Shown here: positions 58,510-64,000 of the stretch, one piece after another
Layout: every line of letters starts with the position of its first letter
How positions within the stretch are numbered: position 1 is the stretch's first letter
From: Escherichia coli
GTDB taxonomy: Bacteria > Pseudomonadota > Gammaproteobacteria > Enterobacterales > Enterobacteriaceae
DNA length: 64,000 nucleotides
Strand: one strand, 5' to 3'
Assembly: GCF_029227855.1 (NCBI RefSeq)
Contig: NZ_CP074356.1
Translations under genes and position numbers: made by a program
The notes under the pieces: model-generated
Databases searched by the model: none
Seen by the model: the letters and a program-made list of their open reading frames with translations, nothing else
What the model was told of the DNA's origin: nothing

Positions 58510-59529
58510 ATGTCGATGATAAAAAGCTATGCCGCAAAAGAAGCGGGCGGCGAACTGGAAGTTTATGAGTACGATCCCGGTGAGCTGAAGCCACAAGATG
58601 TTGAAGTGCAGGTGGATTACTGCGGGATTTGTCATTCCGATCTGTCGATGATCGATAACGAATGGGGATTTTCACAATATCCGCTGGTTGCCGGGCATGA
58701 GGTGATTGGGCGCGTGGTGGCACTCGGGAGCGCCGCGCAGGATAAAGGTTTGCAGGTCGGTCAGCGTGTCGGGATTGGCTGGACGGCGCGTAGCTGTGGT
58801 CACTGCGACGCCTGTATTAGCGGTAATCAGATCAACTGCGAGCAAGGTGCGGTGCCGACGATTATGAATCGCGGTGGCTTTGCCGAGAAGTTGCGTGCGG
58901 GCTGGCAATGGGTGATTCCACTGCCAGAAAATATTGATATCGAGTCCGCCGGGCCGCTGTTGTGCGGCGGTATCACGGTCTTTAAACCACTGTTGATGCA
59001 CCATATCACTGCTACCAGCCGCGTTGGGGTAATTGGTATTGGCGGGCTGGGGCATATCGCTATAAAACTTCTGCACGCAATGGGATGCGAGGTGACGGCC
59101 TTTAGTTCTAATCCGGCGAAAGAGCAGGAAGTACTGGCGATGGGTGCCGATAAAGTGGTGAATAGCCGCGATCCGCAGGCACTGAAAGCCCTGTCGGGGC
59201 AGTTTGATCTCATTATCAATACTGTGAACGTCAGCCTCGACTGGCAGCCTTATTTTGAGGCGCTGACCTATGGCGGTAATTTCCATACGGTCGGTGCGGT
59301 TCTCACGCCGCTGTCTGTTCCGGCCTTTACGTTAATTGCGGGCGACCGCAGCATCTCTGGTTCTGCTACCGGCACGCCTTATGAGCTGCGAAAGCTGATG
59401 CGCTTTGCCGCCCGCAGCAAGGTTGCGCCGACAACCGAACTGTTCCCGATGTCGAAAATTAACGACGCCATTCAGCATGTACGCGATGGTAAAGCTCGCT
59501 ACCGAGTAGTCCTGAAAGCCGACTTCTGA
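58510..59529 (+). CDS. ahr: NADPH-dependent aldehyde reductase Ahr (zinc alcohol dehydrogenase family)
   Basis: Start at [22 protein letters not shown]; zinc-ligand GHEVIG and cofactor-binding GIGGLGH motifs. Confidence 0.9.
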   Translation: MSMIKSYAAKEAGGELEVYEYDPGELKPQDVEVQVDYCGICHSDLSMIDNEWGFSQYPLVAGHEVIGRVVALGSAAQDKGLQVGQRVGIGWTARSCGHCDACISGNQINCEQGAVPTIMNRGGFAEKLRAGWQWVIPLPENIDIESAGPLLCGGITVFKPLLMHHITATSRVGVIGIGGLGHIAIKLLHAMGCEVTAFSSNPAKEQEVLAMGADKVVNSRDPQALKALSGQFDLIINTVNVSLDWQPYFEALTYGGNFHTVGAVLTPLSVPAFTLIAGDRSISGSATGTPYELRKLMRFAARSKVAPTTELFPMSKINDAIQHVRDGKARYRVVLKADF

Positions 59530-59656
59530 TCCCTTTGCCGGGTGCTGTCGCCCGGCACTTAAATCTCTTTGGAAGGCGTCTCGCAATCTGCTGAATTTAG
59601 CGGTGAAGAGTGCACAGCCGTTGCCTATACTCCAGGCAGGAACTGGAGGAAATCTC

Positions 59657-61159
59657 ATGAGCGAACCCCTGTTAATTGCCCGCACGCCGGACACAGAACT
59701 GTTTTTACTGCCGGGAATGGCTAACCGTCACGGGCTGATTACTGGCGCAACGGGGACGGGTAAAACCGTTACGCTGCAAAAACTGGCAGAGTCATTGTCG
59801 GAAATCGGCGTGCCGGTGTTTATGGCTGATGTGAAAGGCGATCTGACCGGTATCGCGCAGGCAGGAACGGCGTCGGAAAAACTGCTCACAAGGCTTAAAA
59901 ATATCGGCGTCAATGACTGGCAACCGCATGCCAATCCTGTGGTGGTGTGGGATATCTTTGGCGAGAAAGGCCATCCGGTGCGGGCGACGGTTTCGGATCT
60001 GGGGCCGCTGTTGCTGGCGCGGCTGTTGAATCTCAACGATGTGCAATCTGGCGTGCTAAATATCATCTTCCGCATTGCTGACGATCAGGGGCTGTTACTG
60101 CTCGACTTTAAAGATTTGCGGGCGATTACCCAGTACATCGGCGATAACGCCAAATCATTCCAGAATCAGTACGGTAATATTAGTAGCGCATCGGTTGGTG
60201 CCATCCAGCGCGGATTACTGACGCTGGAACAGCAAGGGGCAACGCATTTCTTTGGTGAGCCGATGCTGGATATCAAAGACTGGATGCGTACTGATGCCAA
60301 CGGTAAAGGCGTTATCAATATCCTCAGCGCCGAGAAACTTTATCAGATGCCGAAACTGTACGCCGCCAGCCTGCTGTGGATGCTTTCAGAGTTGTATGAA
60401 CAATTGCCGGAAGCGGGCGATCTGGAGAAACCAAAACTGGTGTTTTTCTTCGACGAGGCACATCTGCTGTTTAACGATGCACCGCAGGTACTGCTGGATA
60501 AGATTGAGCAAGTGATAAGGCTTATTCGCTCAAAAGGCGTGGGCGTCTGGTTCGTTTCGCAAAACCCGTCTGATATTCCGGATAATGTGCTCGGGCAGCT
60601 CGGTAATCGCGTTCAACACGCTTTGCGGGCTTTTACGCCCAAAGATCAGAAAGCGGTAAAAGCTGCGGCGCAAACCATGCGGGCCAATCCGGCATTTGAT
60701 ACCGAAAAGGCAATCCAGGAACTGGGGACCGGCGAGGCGTTAATCTCGTTTCTCGATGCAAAAGGAAGTCCTTCTGTGGTGGAACGGGCGATGGTGATTG
60801 CGCCTTGTTCGCGGATGGGACCGGTGACGGAAGATGAGCGTAATGGCTTGATTAATCACTCTCCGGTGTATGGCAAGTACGAGGATGACGTGGACCGGGA
60901 ATCCGCCTATGAGATGTTGCAAAAAGGCGTACAGGCAAGCACCGAGCAGCAAAATAATCCTGCCGTGAAAGGGAAAGAGGTGGCGGTGGATGACGGCATT
61001 CTTGGTGGATTGAAGGATATTTTGTTCGGCACTACCGGACCACGCGGCGGGAAGAAAGATGGTGTTGTGCAAACAATGGCGAAAAGCGCCGCCCGCCAGG
61101 TGACGAATCAGATTGTGCGTGGAATGTTGGGGAGTTTGCTGGGAGGGAGAAGAAGGTAA
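59657..61159 (+). CDS. yjgR: predicted P-loop ATPase YjgR (DUF853)
   Basis: Start at MSEPLLIAR with ggagga Shine-Dalgarno; Walker A GATGTGKT; 500 aa. Confidence 0.85.
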   Translation: MSEPLLIARTPDTELFLLPGMANRHGLITGATGTGKTVTLQKLAESLSEIGVPVFMADVKGDLTGIAQAGTASEKLLTRLKNIGVNDWQPHANPVVVWDIFGEKGHPVRATVSDLGPLLLARLLNLNDVQSGVLNIIFRIADDQGLLLLDFKDLRAITQYIGDNAKSFQNQYGNISSASVGAIQRGLLTLEQQGATHFFGEPMLDIKDWMRTDANGKGVINILSAEKLYQMPKLYAASLLWMLSELYEQLPEAGDLEKPKLVFFFDEAHLLFNDAPQVLLDKIEQVIRLIRSKGVGVWFVSQNPSDIPDNVLGQLGNRVQHALRAFTPKDQKAVKAAAQTMRANPAFDTEKAIQELGTGEALISFLDAKGSPSVVERAMVIAPCSRMGPVTEDERNGLINHSPVYGKYEDDVDRESAYEMLQKGVQASTEQQNNPAVKGKEVAVDDGILGGLKDILFGTTGPRGGKKDGVVQTMAKSAARQVTNQIVRGMLGSLLGGRRR

Positions 61160-61283
61160 GTCAGGTGCGATTTGTCTTTGCCTGATGCGACGCTGGCGCG
61201 TCTTATCATGCCTACACCACTGCAATATATTGGATTTTCATGATTTTTCAGGCATGAACGAAGCACACTTTGCTAACAATAAT

Positions 61284-61305
61284 AAAGGGAGCTTTCGCTC
61301 CCTTT
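61284..61305. terminator. stem-loop between convergent yjgR and lptG (likely bidirectional terminator)
   Basis: aaagggagc tttc gctcccttt, flanked by A/T runs. Confidence 0.5.
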
Positions 61306-61319
61306 ATTCGTTCATCAGG

Positions 61320-62402
61320 TTACGATTTTCTCATTAACAGCCACAGGCTGATTAAGAAGAAGCTGGCGCTTGGCAACAGTGCGCCGATGATCGGCGGGAT
61401 GCCATAAACCAACGTCAGCGGGCCGAAGATCTGGTCCAGTACGTAGAAGACAAAACCGAAGCTGATACCGGTGACCACACGCACGCCCATCGGTACGCTA
61501 CGCAGTGGGCCAAAGATGAACGACAGCGCCATCAGCATCATCACCGCCACGGATAGCGGCTGGAAGATTTTGCTCCACATATTGAGCTGATAACGTCCGG
61601 CATCCTGACCGCTCGACTTCAGATACTTCACGTAGTTGTGCAAACCGCTGATTGAGAGTGCATCCGGGTCCAGCGCCACCACGCCCAGTTTGTCTGGCGT
61701 GAGGTTGGTTTTCCAGGTGCCGCTCACCGTCTGCGAACCGGTGATCTGTTTCGGATTGGTCAGATCAGATTCATCAACCTGCGACAGACGCCAGACTTTA
61801 TGTTCCGGGTCAAACTTCGCGGTAGCGGCATAGCGTACGGATTGCAGACGACGATTCTCGTTAAAGGCATAGATACTGATGCCACCTAACTCTTCGTCAC
61901 CTTTAACCCGCTCAATGTAGACGAAGTTGTTGCCATCTTTCGCCCATAAGCCTTGCTGGGTAGAGAGCAACGAGCCGCCGTACATCGCCTGCGCACGGTA
62001 GTTACGCGCCATCTGCTCGCCCTGCGGCGCGACCCATTCGCCAATCGCCATCGTCAGCAAGACCAGTGGAATGGCGGTTTTCATCACCGACAGCGCCACC
62101 TGCATACGGGTAAAACCAGAAGCCTGCATCACCACCAGTTCGCTGCGCTGCGCCAGCATCCCAAGACCAAGCAACGCCCCAAGCAGAGCCGCCATCGGGA
62201 AGAAGATTTGCACATCTTTCGGCACGCTCAGCAAGGTATACATTCCTGCGCCTAACGCGTCGTAACTCCCCTGCCCGGCTTTTTTCAGCTGATCGACAAA
62301 CTTGATAATGCCCGACAGCGACACCAGCATGAACAGCGTCATCATGATGGTGGTGAAAATAGTTTTACCGATATAGCGGTCAAGTACGCCAAAAGGTTGC
62401 AT
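61320..62402 (-). CDS. lptG: LPS export ABC permease LptG
   Basis: 360 aa, MQPFGVLDRYIGKTIFTTIMMTLFMLVSL…. Confidence 0.9.
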   Translation of the reverse strand: MQPFGVLDRYIGKTIFTTIMMTLFMLVSLSGIIKFVDQLKKAGQGSYDALGAGMYTLLSVPKDVQIFFPMAALLGALLGLGMLAQRSELVVMQASGFTRMQVALSVMKTAIPLVLLTMAIGEWVAPQGEQMARNYRAQAMYGGSLLSTQQGLWAKDGNNFVYIERVKGDEELGGISIYAFNENRRLQSVRYAATAKFDPEHKVWRLSQVDESDLTNPKQITGSQTVSGTWKTNLTPDKLGVVALDPDALSISGLHNYVKYLKSSGQDAGRYQLNMWSKIFQPLSVAVMMLMALSFIFGPLRSVPMGVRVVTGISFGFVFYVLDQIFGPLTLVYGIPPIIGALLPSASFFLISLWLLMRKS

Positions 62403-63502
62403 CACACCGCTCCTTTACGCGAAAAACTGGCGCGCAGGCGGCGGACCGGCACGGTGTCCCAAAGGTTGAGAACAATCGCCAAAGCCAGATAAATCAGGTT
62501 AACGGTCCACATCCACAGCGTCGGGTCCAGCTTACCTTTACCGCCGTTCGATTTCAGGGAGGTCTGGATCAGGAAGAAAAGTAGATACAGCAGCATGGCT
62601 GGCAGCATCGACAGTACGCGTCCCTGACGCGGGTTAACCACGCTCAGCGGTACGACCATAAGTGCCATCATAAACACGGTGAATACCAACGTGATACGCC
62701 AGTTCAGTTCTGCGCGAGCACGATCGGTATCAGTGTTCCACAATGTACGCATGTCCATCTGGTCGGTATCGTTCGGGTCGAGCGCCACCGCCTGGTGACC
62801 AATGATCGCCTGATAATCCTGGAAGTCCGTAATGCGGAAATCACGTAACAGTGCAGTGCCTTCGAAGCGCGTTCCCTGGTTGAGAGTGACGACCTGGGAG
62901 CCGTCGCGCAGCTGGGTTAAATGTCCGGAATCGGCCACCACCACAGAAGGACGAGCATTACCTTTTGGTCGAATTTGCGCGAGGAACACATCTTTGAAAT
63001 CGCTGCCGTCAACGCTTTCGATGAACAGCACCGAGCTGCCATTAGTCGCTTGCTGGAATTGCCCTTGCGCCAGCGCCGCCATGCCAGGGTTCGCTTTCGC
63101 TTCTGCTAACACTTCATCCTGATGACGCGATGACCACGGTCCCGCCCACATCACGTTAACCGCCGCGACGATTGCCGTGAATACCGCAAGGATCATTGCC
63201 GCTTTCACCAGAACCGCTTTGCTCAGGCCGCAGGCATGCATTACCGTAATTTCACTTTCGGTATACAGTTTGCCCAGCGTCATCAGCAGCCCGAGGAACA
63301 GGCTTAATGGCAGGATAAGCTGCGCCATTTCCGGCACGCCCAACCCGAGAAGGGAGAGCACCAGATTCGCCGGAATATCGCCGTCAACCGCTGCGCCGAG
63401 GATCCTCACTAACTTTTGACAGAAGAAGATCAAAAGCAAGATGAAGAGTATCGCCAGCTGGCTTTTGAGCGTCTCCCGCACCAGATATCTTATGATTATC
63501 AC
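62402..63502 (-). CDS. lptF: LPS export ABC permease LptF
   Basis: 366 aa, MIIIRYLVRETLKSQLAILFILLLIFF…. Confidence 0.9.
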   Translation of the reverse strand: MIIIRYLVRETLKSQLAILFILLLIFFCQKLVRILGAAVDGDIPANLVLSLLGLGVPEMAQLILPLSLFLGLLMTLGKLYTESEITVMHACGLSKAVLVKAAMILAVFTAIVAAVNVMWAGPWSSRHQDEVLAEAKANPGMAALAQGQFQQATNGSSVLFIESVDGSDFKDVFLAQIRPKGNARPSVVVADSGHLTQLRDGSQVVTLNQGTRFEGTALLRDFRITDFQDYQAIIGHQAVALDPNDTDQMDMRTLWNTDTDRARAELNWRITLVFTVFMMALMVVPLSVVNPRQGRVLSMLPAMLLYLLFFLIQTSLKSNGGKGKLDPTLWMWTVNLIYLALAIVLNLWDTVPVRRLRASFSRKGAV

Positions 63503-63765
63503 TTTAAATACGCCCGTAAAAACTCGTCTTTTGCAGGATTTTAGCTTGTTTCATGGCTTAAACGTCATTTATTCTCTTGAGTCGTCGAAATCGTCGCTAA
63601 GATAATTATACTCAACGGATTCACCTCTCAGATTTTGTTCTGACGTGCCAATGCCGTAATAACGTTAAGATTAACACGAAGTCATCGCAACAGCGGACAT
63701 GAGTTACGAAAGCTTGCAATTCTATCTGTAGCCACCGCCGTTGTCTTTAAGATTCAGGAGCGTAG

Positions 63766-64000
<235 letters not shown>

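Overview
The window is a mosaic, horizontally acquired region of an Escherichia coli-type chromosome anchored at tRNA-Leu leuX (58230..58314, minus strand). To the right of leuX lie conserved core genes (ahr, yjgR, lptG, lptF, start of pepA). To the left is a ~47 kb leuX island: a disrupted P4-type integrase, nested mobile elements (IS629 carrying a group II intron, IS3, IS911, an IS66-family element, a fused-ORF IS3-family element), a BCCT transporter, the shf-capU-virK-msbB2 cluster, the fecIRABCDE ferric citrate operon, and a CP4-like accessory module (YeeP-like GTPase, antigen 43 with its three-GATC switch, DUF932, KlcA-like antirestriction, RadC-like, CbeA/CbtA toxin-antitoxin, YeeW-like). 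A degenerate copy of the leuX 3' end at 11140..11162 marks the distal edge of this island. Beyond it (1..10750) lies a separate AT-rich segment carrying the main candidate system: a tightly packed four-gene minus-strand cassette encoding an SNF2-family helicase, an unrecognised 454-aa protein, a beta-class DNA methyltransferase whose reading frame appears joined to the upstream ORF by a -1 frameshift, and a Type III Res-like helicase with a C-terminal PD-(D/E)xK nuclease. I could not match this architecture to a described Type III R-M, DISARM or BREX layout from memory. All identifications rest on reading the translations and recalled family signatures; no database search was run.
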